Source: an uncultured Candidatus Saccharibacteria bacterium (GTDB lineage Bacteria; Patescibacteriota; Minisyncoccia; Phycocordibacterales; UBA12088). Taken from it: a stretch of DNA of 64,000 bases. Positions within the stretch are counted from its first letter, which is position 1. Each line of letters begins with the position of its first letter. This document shows, one piece after another, positions 26,228-35,990 of the stretch. Position numbers and translations under genes: made by a program. Below the pieces are notes generated by a model. The model searched no databases. It saw nothing but the letters and a program-made list of their open reading frames with translations, and was not told where the DNA came from. The DNA lies in NCBI GenBank assembly GCA_964521185.1, contig CAZFRC010000003.1, positions 2,112 to 66,111 of the forward strand. Reading direction: 5' to 3'.

Positions 26228-27226
26228 ATGCGACGCAATTCATACAAATGGCTCCCTAGCCGGTCGGTGGGCATTTCACTCGTTTTGGTTGGCGTATTGA
26301 TAACGGGAAGCGCGTGGTACACCACTTACGGTCACAACCTTTTTGCATTGAACACGGAAAGCATACCTGAATCCGGAAGCGTCGAAAGAGTTCTTGATTC
26401 CGATAACGACGGACTCAAAGACTGGGAAGAAACACTTTGGAACACCGATCCAAACCTCCCCGATTCTGATAATGACGGCATGTCTGACGGTGAAGAAGTG
26501 TCTCTGGGTACTGCCCCAAACGGAGAAGAATCGAGCAGCTTGGTAAATGAAATAATGGCAACGTCTTCCGAGTTTGTCGCCTCCGCCTCATCCCCCCTGA
26601 CCCCCACCGATCAATTTTCCCGCTTGTTTTTCAAGCATTTTATTGAATCCCAAAACACACAAGACCCGAGCGGACGCTTTAGTGATCCAAGAGAAATTGA
26701 GATCTTAATTGCAGAGGCTGATACGATTCGAAACAAACCTCCCAAATACACGAGAAGCGATATTTTGATAGTTCCAGACGTAACGCCTAAAGAACTTCGC
26801 GTCTACGGAAATGCGGTTAGCCACGCATACGCAATCCACACGAAACCGGGAGCTGAAGCGGAATTCGTGGTTTTAAACCGAGCGCTTGTCACAAACAACA
26901 AAGCGGATTTTGCGAAGCTTGCCGACGCCGCCGACATGTACTGGAACGGAGCTCAGGAGCTTCTGAAACTTCCAGCACCGGAATCATTGGCCGGGTTCCA
27001 GCTCGCGATCATTAACAGCACGGTGGGCCTTTCCTACGCCATCCGAGATTTGAGCGTGATGCCCGATGATCCTCTTCGAGGAGTGCTCGGATTGCGCTCA
27101 TATTATGAACGGTTTCAGTCGCTCGTGAGCAGCATATCTGCAATGTCCCGATATTTTGCCGCTTTTAACATACACTTTTCACCAACAGAAGACGGGTACA
27201 TGTTTGAAATCCTCAAAATCAAGTGA
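26228..27226 (+). CDS. Membrane-anchored or secreted protein with thrombospondin-type-3-like Ca-binding repeats
   Basis: N-terminal TM helix (SLVLVGVLITGSAW); two DSDNDGxxDxEE repeats (DSDNDGLKDWEE, DSDNDGMSDGEE); starts 4 nt after the rsmA stop; first gene of the T4SS-like block. Confidence 0.5.
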   Translation: MRRNSYKWLPSRSVGISLVLVGVLITGSAWYTTYGHNLFALNTESIPESGSVERVLDSDNDGLKDWEETLWNTDPNLPDSDNDGMSDGEEVSLGTAPNGEESSSLVNEIMATSSEFVASASSPLTPTDQFSRLFFKHFIESQNTQDPSGRFSDPREIEILIAEADTIRNKPPKYTRSDILIVPDVTPKELRVYGNAVSHAYAIHTKPGAEAEFVVLNRALVTNNKADFAKLADAADMYWNGAQELLKLPAPESLAGFQLAIINSTVGLSYAIRDLSVMPDDPLRGVLGLRSYYERFQSLVSSISAMSRYFAAFNIHFSPTEDGYMFEILKIK

Positions 27227-27304
27227 GCCTCCATCACACCGAGCTGTTATTCACAGCTACGCTACCGACTTTCGCCCTAAATCGCCCTATACTTAAGCTA
27301 CGTC

Positions 27305-28762
27305 ATGTATCAAGGGCAATTTCTTTCCCATTTTTTTGGGCATGAGCTGGTTAAAAGGATATTGACCGCCTGCGTGGTCATATCATTTGTCGCTCCGTCA
27401 ATATTTTCGAGCTTCGCTCCAAAAAAAGCCGACGCGTATTGGCTCGTTGAAGACCCCCTTCATATTGTCGAAACAGTCTACAACGGAGTGCTACTTGCGC
27501 TTAAATATGCCGAAAGCATACGGGCAAACTTTAAAGAGTATGTACTCGACCCCGCGGCGTATTTTCTTGCGCACGCCCTGCTGCAGCAAGTGACTCTTTC
27601 CGTAGTTGACTGGATAAATAGCGATTTTGAGGGTTGGCCTCGATTCGTTGACGATCCGGCCGTCTTTTTCACCAATGTCGCCGATCAGGCCGCGGGAGGA
27701 TTTATCCTCGAAAAAAGCGGGGACGACCCTTTGCTCAAAAAGAGTCTGGACTTTTTATGCAACCCGAGACTCCTCCGATTCGCGCTCGCAAACAATTATG
27801 TGCGCGGATTTTCCGACCGATACGCGTGCACCCTTTCAACCATTTCCGCCAATTGGGAAAATTTTACGACAAACATAGAAAATGGAGGGTGGGCTATGTG
27901 GTTTCAAATGAGCCAGCGGGGGCAGAATCCTTATGATGAATATGTAGTGTCAGCAGAGGAACTTTCTCGAAGAATACTGGGGGCGCAAAAAACGATTGAG
28001 AATCAGGCTAATCAGGGAAGCGGGTTTCTCCCTCAGTGGATGAAAGACTGTATCTATGCAGATCCAGAGAGTCCGGAAGCCCTAAACAAGGAAGGGACGC
28101 TCGCGAACTGTCCGGTTGTTGGTCCGGGACACACGGTATCCAGGCTTCTTGACAAAGCTTTGGGATCAAGCATTTTCGATGAGAAAAATTTTGCGGATGA
28201 GTTTGGAGAATCTATTTCCCTCATTTTTAACGCTCTTCTATCTAAAATATTCGAATGGGGTATCGCCGCGCTAGGTCAAGCCGGCACAGGTTCCAGCCCG
28301 ACAGGAGGATCGTTCTTGGACGATTTTCGTGGAACGGTTTCAGACAGTTTTACAGAGGTTGAAGATACTCTGGAAGAAAGAATGAGGCAGCAGCGCGCCC
28401 TTGAGGTTGAGTACCGATCAGAACTTGGATGCGAACCTGAACCTCCGCCAGCCGGATCCCCTTCCGCAACCGCAGAAAGCGAGGAGTGCCAGAAAGCCGC
28501 CAATAACATTAGAAAAATCGACGAGCTCCTTGATAAACTTGCCTCCGCAGAAGCATCCGAAGACCAAGAAGAATTGATTCGCGTGACGCAAGAAGTAAGC
28601 GCTGAATATTCTGAGCTTCTCCCAGACCTTACCAACCAAGGCAACATATTACGTGAGAATCAGGAATCCTCAAGTTCTGGCGGCGGCACTCCCCTTAACC
28701 CGCCACCAACCGGTACTGGTAGTAGCGAAAAACCGGGAACACCTCCAAATCCGGCTAACTGA
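27305..28762 (+). CDS. Hypothetical membrane-anchored protein with a Gly/Ser/Pro-rich C-terminus
   Basis: N-terminal TM helix (ILTACVVISFVAPSIFSSFA); no recognised domain; C-term SSSSGGGTPLNPPPTGTGSSEKPGTPPNPAN. Confidence 0.45.
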   Translation: MYQGQFLSHFFGHELVKRILTACVVISFVAPSIFSSFAPKKADAYWLVEDPLHIVETVYNGVLLALKYAESIRANFKEYVLDPAAYFLAHALLQQVTLSVVDWINSDFEGWPRFVDDPAVFFTNVADQAAGGFILEKSGDDPLLKKSLDFLCNPRLLRFALANNYVRGFSDRYACTLSTISANWENFTTNIENGGWAMWFQMSQRGQNPYDEYVVSAEELSRRILGAQKTIENQANQGSGFLPQWMKDCIYADPESPEALNKEGTLANCPVVGPGHTVSRLLDKALGSSIFDEKNFADEFGESISLIFNALLSKIFEWGIAALGQAGTGSSPTGGSFLDDFRGTVSDSFTEVEDTLEERMRQQRALEVEYRSELGCEPEPPPAGSPSATAESEECQKAANNIRKIDELLDKLASAEASEDQEELIRVTQEVSAEYSELLPDLTNQGNILRENQESSSSGGGTPLNPPPTGTGSSEKPGTPPNPAN

Positions 28763-28774
28763 TAATCCCATACA

Positions 28775-31324
28775 ATGGAAATGGAATACGCGCCGACACC
28801 CAGCGATCCCTCAACGGGACACTCTCGACAAAAAAAACTTTTTTTAAAGAAGGTGTTTATCAACTTTTTAACCTTCTTTTTCTTTTTTAATATTTCTTTT
28901 GTCTTTTTCCACATTATCTCGAGTGACCCAAAAGGACCGGGGTATGTAAGCGCGGACCCAACGAATCAAAATCAAAATATTGCTGTAACGGTAAGCAACG
29001 CAGCACAACCCGGAGCTGTTTATAGCTGTTATTGGTGGTTTCTTCTCGATTGTCATTTAAGAACAGGATTGGTAGGTATTGGTTCAATGGTTGTGTATGT
29101 GGGCGCACTTATCTTTAATCTCGCCATGGAATTCACCGTTATCAAAATGGGCTATTACATCAATGGAAACACGGGCATAGAAGCGGCGTGGATTGTCCTT
29201 CGTGATTTAGCCAATTTGGGCCTTGTGTACGCCCTTCTGCTTATCGGCATATCCACCATTCTCCGCATTAACCGATATGGATATCGAGTCCTTCTCGCAA
29301 GGATCATTATCGTCGCGCTTCTGGTAAATTTCAGTTTGTTTTTAACCAAGGGTGTGGTCGAGGTTTCCAACGTATTGGCGAATGGAGTATATAAGTTGAT
29401 CGCGGAACCAACAGGACCAGGGTGTAATGGGGGAGTTTCTACGGTTTCGAGCCGAATTTCCGAATGCTCCAACGCCGGAATTTCGGCCGCGATCGTTCAA
29501 ACTACCAGAATATCCTCTATATATGATGGAACCCCTATTGTTGAGAATAGCAACGTAGGTGGCGTTCAAAATATTTCCCAAGGATTTTTAGTGATGGTAT
29601 TTCTGATTATTACGGCCTTTGTGCTTTTGGGAGGAGCTCTTATGCTGATTACCCGCTACATTATACTGATATTCCTTATGATACTCTCGCCTTTAGCCTT
29701 TGTTGCGTGGACGCTACCCAAAACTGAACACTACGCGAAAGAATGGTGGGGAAAGCTCATTAACCAAAGCTTTTTTGCGCCTTTCTATTTGCTTATGATT
29801 TGGGTGTCGCTTAGCGTTTTAAGCGGCATTTCACCAAACCTTACCGGCTCTCTAGGGCAAGCCTTCTCTGGATCAGGTATTGCTGACGTGCTTCTTAATT
29901 TTTGCATCGTCACCGGACTTATGGTTGGTTCGCTTGTTGTCTCAAAAAAATTAGGAGCGTACGGCGCTGACACAGCAATAAACTGGACATCAAGATCAGG
30001 AGGCCGTGCCACGTTTGGGACTCTTGCATTTCTCCAACGCCATACAGTGGGTCGGCTTGCAAACCGAATGGCCACATGGCAAAGGCCGCGCGCATTTCTT
30101 CAAGGAAGCGTTCTTGGCCGATCCGTGCTCAAAGGAATACGCACGGTTGGAAGTTCGAGCTTTGACGTGCGCAACACCGAACTCGGCAGAGGGATAAGCA
30201 GATCGCTTGGAGGAGCAAATCTTGGAAAAGTTGGAGGGGAAGGTGGATATTCCGGACTTCAAAAACGAAGACAAGACGAAAGGGAGGCGGCGAGACGCGA
30301 CGCGATAAGGGAAGCGGAAAGGGTTCACAGCGGAGCCCTCAGCGCAACTCGTCGTCGCGAAATCGCAGGTAACATCGGAAATACGGCTGTAGCTCAAAAC
30401 CTGCGTCAAAGATATGTGGACAGAGCGGTACAAGAAGCGTCTTTAATAGCCGAATCTAAGGCTATTGAAATTGAGGAGCTTGAAAGGCGGCTTGAGGCAA
30501 ACAGGGCAAGAATGCAACTATCAGATACGCCCGAGAGACAGCAGGAGCTAGAGGCAGAAGCAAATCAAATCCAGAACCAGCTTCAAAGCGCGAGGGCAGC
30601 CATTCCTAATATAGACCAGGTTCGAATAAGAGCAACGCAAGAAGCTTCTGAAATGCAGTTCGATGAAAGACGCGTTGCTTCAACGCTTTCCACCATCGAA
30701 GAAACTTTTAGAAATATTCAAAACACCGTTGCTCGAAATGCAGAGGAAGTACAGAGGAGTTCACAAGAAGTACGAAGAACAGAAGAACAGCTGGCAGAGC
30801 TCCAAGCGGAAAATTCAAGACAAGACCTGACTCCTGAACAAAGAAATGCCTCACGTGCACAGCTTGAGAGTGCCACGCGCGCGCACCAAGAAGCACAAGA
30901 AAGACTGAGGCAAATGCAAAACAGACTGAGAGAAAGGCAGGTTGAACTTTCAAGAACGTGGACAGATCTCCAAGAGTGGAGAGGGCACTTACAGCAATAC
31001 ACTGAACCCGGAAATCGCGCGCGCAGAGAGTATTTGGACCGAATACGAAGAGGCGGGCAGTTTATGGAAAGAGTTGTAACGGGTAATTATCTCGCACCGA
31101 ACTCACAAACCCTTGATACTTATTTTAATCCCGTTGACCCTATCGCTCGAGCATTTTTGACACCGAATGAATACGAAGAACAGATTGCTGCGATTGAAAG
31201 GCATTGGAACCGTTCAGACTCCGAAAGATTAGCAGACGCAATAATGCAGCGTCTTGCAAGTCAAGGACAAGGAAATCGCCCTGGAAATCAGACGCCGCCA
31301 GCACAGCCAGCACAACCTCGTTAA
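28775..31324 (+). CDS. VirB6/TrbL-like polytopic membrane protein with a roughly 400-aa coiled-coil C-terminal extension
   Basis: At least 6 predicted TM helices between aa 105 and 400. The C-terminal half is Q/E/R-rich heptad-like (RLEANRARMQLSDTPERQQELEAEANQIQNQLQ...). An AT-rich non-coding-looking stretch at 28820-28920 lies inside the annotated N-terminus, so the true start may be the internal Met near 29088. Confidence 0.5.
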   Translation: MEMEYAPTPSDPSTGHSRQKKLFLKKVFINFLTFFFFFNISFVFFHIISSDPKGPGYVSADPTNQNQNIAVTVSNAAQPGAVYSCYWWFLLDCHLRTGLVGIGSMVVYVGALIFNLAMEFTVIKMGYYINGNTGIEAAWIVLRDLANLGLVYALLLIGISTILRINRYGYRVLLARIIIVALLVNFSLFLTKGVVEVSNVLANGVYKLIAEPTGPGCNGGVSTVSSRISECSNAGISAAIVQTTRISSIYDGTPIVENSNVGGVQNISQGFLVMVFLIITAFVLLGGALMLITRYIILIFLMILSPLAFVAWTLPKTEHYAKEWWGKLINQSFFAPFYLLMIWVSLSVLSGISPNLTGSLGQAFSGSGIADVLLNFCIVTGLMVGSLVVSKKLGAYGADTAINWTSRSGGRATFGTLAFLQRHTVGRLANRMATWQRPRAFLQGSVLGRSVLKGIRTVGSSSFDVRNTELGRGISRSLGGANLGKVGGEGGYSGLQKRRQDEREAARRDAIREAERVHSGALSATRRREIAGNIGNTAVAQNLRQRYVDRAVQEASLIAESKAIEIEELERRLEANRARMQLSDTPERQQELEAEANQIQNQLQSARAAIPNIDQVRIRATQEASEMQFDERRVASTLSTIEETFRNIQNTVARNAEEVQRSSQEVRRTEEQLAELQAENSRQDLTPEQRNASRAQLESATRAHQEAQERLRQMQNRLRERQVELSRTWTDLQEWRGHLQQYTEPGNRARREYLDRIRRGGQFMERVVTGNYLAPNSQTLDTYFNPVDPIARAFLTPNEYEEQIAAIERHWNRSDSERLADAIMQRLASQGQGNRPGNQTPPAQPAQPR

Positions 31325-31342
31325 TGTAATCTTTATGTAACT

Positions 31343-32008
31343 ATGCGATACCAAACAGATTCTAGAGAAACAGCGACCGTCATTCTTCGAGAACGGTTCA
31401 AAGAGCTTCCAAAGCCGATTCAAGATATTATTTCTTCGACAGACATCAGAAACGCGCTTCAAACAGTTTCAAACAAACACCGCCTCCATATTGATCAAGG
31501 GGGGATGCTCGAGAACGTTACCATGATGACTCTCATTGGACTCTACCGAATCGACGAATTTGAAACACGTCTTGCGCACACGCTCCAAATAGACACCGCT
31601 CTTGCAACGGCAATTGCAAACGATATTAATGCGTCGGTTTTTGCTCCCATCAGAGAACAGATACGGAATTATACCGATGCGTCCGCCAAAGAAGCTCCGG
31701 GGACTCCGGCGCAGACGACTTTTGAAGATAAGCCCGAAATCCCCAAACCAAATATCCCCCCTCAAACGATGCCCGCAAACACCTCCAACACGCCCAAGAT
31801 ATCGGAAGAGTCTAAGCAATCGCAGCCGAAAGATATGTCCGAACAAAAAGCAAAACAGGACGTAGCAACAATAAAGCTTGGTCTTACGTCTCCTCAAGAA
31901 ATAAATCTCGCCTCCTCTCAACGTCCGGTGCCACCAGATTCAAACCAGGAAGCCTCCAAAAAACCTTTGCAATCTCGAACAGATCCTTATCGGGAACCGC
32001 CTGAATAG
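31343..32008 (+). CDS. Hypothetical soluble protein with a Pro-rich C-terminus
   Basis: 221 aa; no TM helix and no recognised domain; co-directional with and tightly linked to the T4SS-like genes. Confidence 0.4.
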   Translation: MRYQTDSRETATVILRERFKELPKPIQDIISSTDIRNALQTVSNKHRLHIDQGGMLENVTMMTLIGLYRIDEFETRLAHTLQIDTALATAIANDINASVFAPIREQIRNYTDASAKEAPGTPAQTTFEDKPEIPKPNIPPQTMPANTSNTPKISEESKQSQPKDMSEQKAKQDVATIKLGLTSPQEINLASSQRPVPPDSNQEASKKPLQSRTDPYREPPE

Positions 32009-32095
32009 TGGGACTATAGAGATTTTGGAGCAGCGCACACTCGATACCTTCGGCGCGCTTCAAATTATGAATAGGCAGCATAATACACACACTCT

Positions 32096-32536
32096 ATGCG
32101 ATACCAAGTTCCTCAATTTATTGACATAGAAGATAAGATATTCGGTCCCCTTACCGGCAAGCAATTTGTATACCTTGCGGGTGCGGGAGGATTTTTCGTG
32201 GCGATCTATACATTGTACGGGCTATTTGTGGCGATTTTGGTAAGTCTCCCTATCGTTGCCCTTGCGGTTGCTCTGGCATTTCTTCGGATAAATGAGCTTC
32301 CGTTTGCAACCATACTTGAGTCCGCAATCTATTTTTACATCCGACGAAAAATTTTTCTTTGGAAGAAAAATCGGCCTTCAAATCCAACACAAGGTTCAAA
32401 TGTAAAGACTTCCCCGGAAGGGGTGGCCCCCTATGTTCCAAAATTGTCCGAGAGCCGGCTTAAAGATATTTCTTGGAGTCTGGATATTCATGAGCGTCTC
32501 GACGAAAGTGATCGGACACATAGCCCAAATGAATAA
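32096..32536 (+). CDS. VirB3-like small two-TM membrane protein
   Basis: 146 aa; two adjacent TM helices (FVYLAGAGGFFVAIYTLYGLFVAILV / LPIVALAVALAFL); lies immediately upstream of the VirB4 homolog, the typical VirB3-VirB4 order. Confidence 0.4.
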   Translation: MRYQVPQFIDIEDKIFGPLTGKQFVYLAGAGGFFVAIYTLYGLFVAILVSLPIVALAVALAFLRINELPFATILESAIYFYIRRKIFLWKKNRPSNPTQGSNVKTSPEGVAPYVPKLSESRLKDISWSLDIHERLDESDRTHSPNE

Positions 32537-32561
32537 AAGGATATAGCATTGTATAAGTCCT

Positions 32562-33224
32562 ATGACTACCACTAACCCGTTGCAGAAAGAAAACACTACG
32601 CAAGATTTTGTTCCTATTCAAGAGGTGCGTGACGGAGTCGTTATTCTGAAAGACGGGGGATTACGCGGAGTATTCATGGCATCATCAATCAATCTTGCAC
32701 TTAAATCAGAAGACGAACAGCGGGCAATTTTGGAACAATTTGCGCAAATGCTCGATTCGGTGGATTTCTCCGTTCAGTTTGTTGTGCAATCAAGAAAACT
32801 TGATATCAGACCCTATATTGCGCTACTTGAAAAACGGTATACTGAGGTTGTTGGCGATTTACTTAAGATTCAGGTTCGAGAATACATTGAATTTGTTAAG
32901 ACGTTTTCGGAAAATTCTAATATCATGACGAAAAGTTTTTTTATTGTAGTTCCTTATACGCCAATCCCGCTTGAAGGAGGCGTTGCAGGGCTTCTTTCCC
33001 TGACGAAAAAGAAAACGCCCCAACAAAAAATACAGGGAACAGGAACGGCGTTTGAAGAAAGCCGTTCCCAACTCGAACAACGGATGTCTGTGGTCGAACA
33101 AGGTCTTGCGCGATGCGGGGTCCGTGTTGCACGGCTTGGCACCGAAGAAGTGATCGAGCTGTTTTACCGTCTTTTTAACCTTGGAGAGCTCGAACGGCCG
33201 ATTCCACTTGATAATCGAGCGTAA
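32562..33224 (+). CDS. VirB4 N-terminal (CagE/TrbE/VirB4-type) domain, separate ORF ending in TAA, in frame with the ATPase ORF
   Basis: FVPIQEVRDGVVILKDGGLRGVFMASSINLALKSEDEQRAILEQFAQMLDSV resembles the VirB4 N-domain consensus; same reading frame as 33231-35102, and a single TAA at 33222-33224 separates them. Confidence 0.5.
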   Translation: MTTTNPLQKENTTQDFVPIQEVRDGVVILKDGGLRGVFMASSINLALKSEDEQRAILEQFAQMLDSVDFSVQFVVQSRKLDIRPYIALLEKRYTEVVGDLLKIQVREYIEFVKTFSENSNIMTKSFFIVVPYTPIPLEGGVAGLLSLTKKKTPQQKIQGTGTAFEESRSQLEQRMSVVEQGLARCGVRVARLGTEEVIELFYRLFNLGELERPIPLDNRA

Positions 33225-33230
33225 ATCACC

Positions 33231-35102
33231 ATGGGACTTCTTGATTTTATCACAAAGAAAAAAGAGCCTGAATCCCGCATAGAGGCGGTTCTTCCGCAGG
33301 AAATTTACCAAGCGGGGACACTTGAACTCAAAGACGTGTTGGCGCCTTCGGCGCTTCAAATAACTCCACGCGAACTGAATTTGGGAGATAAAATAGTGCG
33401 TACATTTTTTATTATTTCTTATCCTCGCTACCTAAACGATGGATGGTTCTCCCCGATTATCAATCTGGATAAGGTGTTTGATATTTCTATTTTCGCCCAT
33501 CCGATCGATACTGCGCAGATTCTTCGGAAATTCCAAAAGCGCGTAGCGGAAGTGGAAAGTCAAATTCACACGCGAGAAGAGAAAGGCCTCGTGAGAGATC
33601 CAAAACTGGATACTTCATACGAAGATCTTGAACAGCTCCGAGATCGGCTACAACAAGCCCAAGAACGATTGTTTGATGTTGGGGTATACATTTCAATTTA
33701 CGGAGACTCGAAAGACGAGCTTGACAAGGCGGAGTCGGAAATCAAATCGATTCTTGAGGCGCAGCTCGTATACATCAAACCGGCGCTATTTCAGCAAGAA
33801 CAAGGGTATCGAAGCGTCATTCCGACAGCAACCGATGAACTGAAAGTGCATTCAAAACTCGACTCGTCCCCATTTTCAAGCCTGTTTCCGTTCATATCTT
33901 TCGATCTTACCGCTGACAGAGGAATTCTATACGGAATTAATCGCCACAACTCATCGCTGATTCTCTTCGATAGATTTTCGCTTGAAAACTATAATTCCGT
34001 AACGTTTGCAAAATCCGGTTCAGGAAAATCCTATGCAATAAAACTCGAGATTCTTCGGACGCTTATGTTTGACGTCGACATTATTATTATTGATCCTGAG
34101 CGAGAATACGAGTATTTGGCTGAAGCGGTGGGAGGAAGGTATTTCAATATTTCACTATCCTCCGGTCACACCATTAATCCTTTTGATTTGCCCCCTCTTG
34201 GAGAAGACGAAACCCCGACGAACGTGCTGCGTTCCAACATCATAAACCTTGTCGGGCTTTTTCGAATCATGCTTGGCGGCCTCACCCCCGAAGAAGACGC
34301 GATTATTGATCGCGCCATCACCGAAACGTACGCGCTTAAAGATATCACCGGGAATAACGATTTTACAAACCTCACGCCCCCCCTCCTTTCCGATTTTGAA
34401 TTGGTGCTTGGAGGCATGGAAGGAAGCGAGTCCTTGGTGCAACGTCTTAGTAAATACACGAAAGGAACGTGGGCGGGATTCATTAATCGGCCAACGAACA
34501 TCGATATCAACAAAAAACTTGTCGTGTTTTCCATTAGAGACATGGAAGACGACCTGAAGCCGGTCGCCATGTATATCATCACGAAATACATTTGGACGGC
34601 CATCCGTCGAGAACTTAAAAAACGGATTCTCGTGGTGGATGAGGCGTGGTGGATGATGAAGTATGAAGATACGGCGTCTTTTCTTTACTCTATCGCAAAA
34701 CGTGGTCGCAAATACTATTTGGGGCTCGCCACGATCACCCAAGACGTGGATGATTTTATGAAATCGCCCTACGGCATTCCCATGCTTACGAACTCATCGA
34801 TTCAGCTTCTGCTTAAACAGTCACCAACATCGATTGATGTTCTTCAAAAAACATTTAACCTCACCGACGAAGAAAAATACCTCCTGCTTGAATCCGGCGT
34901 GGGAGAGGGCATATTTTTTGCCGGCCTAAAACATGTGGCTATTAAAATTATTGCCTCGTACACAGAAGACCAGATTATTACCTCGGACCCTTCCCAAATT
35001 CTCCTTATTCAAAAAGCCCGGCAAGCACAAGAAGACGCCCTTGGTACAAGCAATGAATCTCCTTCACGCGCAAAAGCACGTAACGAGATGCCTATCAAAT
35101 AG
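33231..35102 (+). CDS. VirB4/TraC/CagE-family T4SS ATPase (C-terminal ATPase portion)
   Basis: Walker A FAKSGSGKSYAIK; Walker B ILVVDEAWWMM; RGRKYYLGLATITQ motif; 623 aa. Confidence 0.8.
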   Translation: MGLLDFITKKKEPESRIEAVLPQEIYQAGTLELKDVLAPSALQITPRELNLGDKIVRTFFIISYPRYLNDGWFSPIINLDKVFDISIFAHPIDTAQILRKFQKRVAEVESQIHTREEKGLVRDPKLDTSYEDLEQLRDRLQQAQERLFDVGVYISIYGDSKDELDKAESEIKSILEAQLVYIKPALFQQEQGYRSVIPTATDELKVHSKLDSSPFSSLFPFISFDLTADRGILYGINRHNSSLILFDRFSLENYNSVTFAKSGSGKSYAIKLEILRTLMFDVDIIIIDPEREYEYLAEAVGGRYFNISLSSGHTINPFDLPPLGEDETPTNVLRSNIINLVGLFRIMLGGLTPEEDAIIDRAITETYALKDITGNNDFTNLTPPLLSDFELVLGGMEGSESLVQRLSKYTKGTWAGFINRPTNIDINKKLVVFSIRDMEDDLKPVAMYIITKYIWTAIRRELKKRILVVDEAWWMMKYEDTASFLYSIAKRGRKYYLGLATITQDVDDFMKSPYGIPMLTNSSIQLLLKQSPTSIDVLQKTFNLTDEEKYLLLESGVGEGIFFAGLKHVAIKIIASYTEDQIITSDPSQILLIQKARQAQEDALGTSNESPSRAKARNEMPIK

Positions 35103-35105
35103 AAT

Positions 35106-35909
35106 ATGGGCGACACGGAAGCCTTAGAGAGGCGGGCAAAGAACGAAGACAAACTCAAACTACGGATCTCTCCTGAAGTGGGGGCTCTGATGTTTGGCGT
35201 TGCCCTCTTTGTTGACGGTCTTCAGGGGGTCATAGGGATTTTCGGATTAATACCGTTTGTTGGTTTTTTGTTTTCCTTAGTGGGCGCAATGATTTGGCTG
35301 TTGTACACCCTTGGTTTTTGGCTTTGGTTTCACATTCTTGGAGTAACATTTTTTGAGGCCATTGATCAGTCGGGATGGAAGGGCGTAGCCTTATCTTTAG
35401 CAAAAAATATAGTTCGAAGCGTCATCCCTTTAGTTATGTTTTTTCTCAGCTTCATTCCTTTTTTTGGACCTTTACTGACTGGCATTGTGCCAGACGTTGC
35501 GGTTGCGGTAGGCGCGACGATTTTAATTTCTTGGGCGCAAGATAAAGCGCTTTCTGCAGAAACGAAAATGAAAATAGCCCAACAAAAAATGGCACGGATG
35601 GTCCGTCAACGCCAAATGGAAGAAGAAATGGAAGAAGAAGAGGCACAAGCAGAAATGGAAAAGATTGCCGAGGAGGAATATCGACAAAGAGAAGAAGAGA
35701 ATGAGGAACGGGAGAACGACGAGGAGAAAAGTGTAGCAGTGGAATACCTAAAGAGGGAAGAGGAGGAAATGCGCGCTAACGCGCTTCATCAAGGAAATTC
35801 TGCGGTCACGCCAAATGGAGCGGAAGAGTTGTCGCAATATCCAAACCCGCCGCGCCGTACAAAAAGCGGCCGCGTGAATTCCCCATCGTCCTTCCGACAA
35901 CAAACATGA
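35106..35909 (+). CDS. Hypothetical polytopic membrane protein with an acidic coiled-coil tail
   Basis: Four or more TM helices in aa 25-150; E-rich C-terminus (EEEMEEEEAQAEMEKIAEEEYRQREEENEERENDEE); 4 nt after the VirB4 stop. Confidence 0.45.
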   Translation: MGDTEALERRAKNEDKLKLRISPEVGALMFGVALFVDGLQGVIGIFGLIPFVGFLFSLVGAMIWLLYTLGFWLWFHILGVTFFEAIDQSGWKGVALSLAKNIVRSVIPLVMFFLSFIPFFGPLLTGIVPDVAVAVGATILISWAQDKALSAETKMKIAQQKMARMVRQRQMEEEMEEEEAQAEMEKIAEEEYRQREEENEERENDEEKSVAVEYLKREEEEMRANALHQGNSAVTPNGAEELSQYPNPPRRTKSGRVNSPSSFRQQT

Positions 35910-35990
35910 TGCGCAAGATTTTCAGGTGGACCATGGGGTGTGGAGTAGTGGAACATATTGATTGAATGAGGATATATAATACGAAGTACT

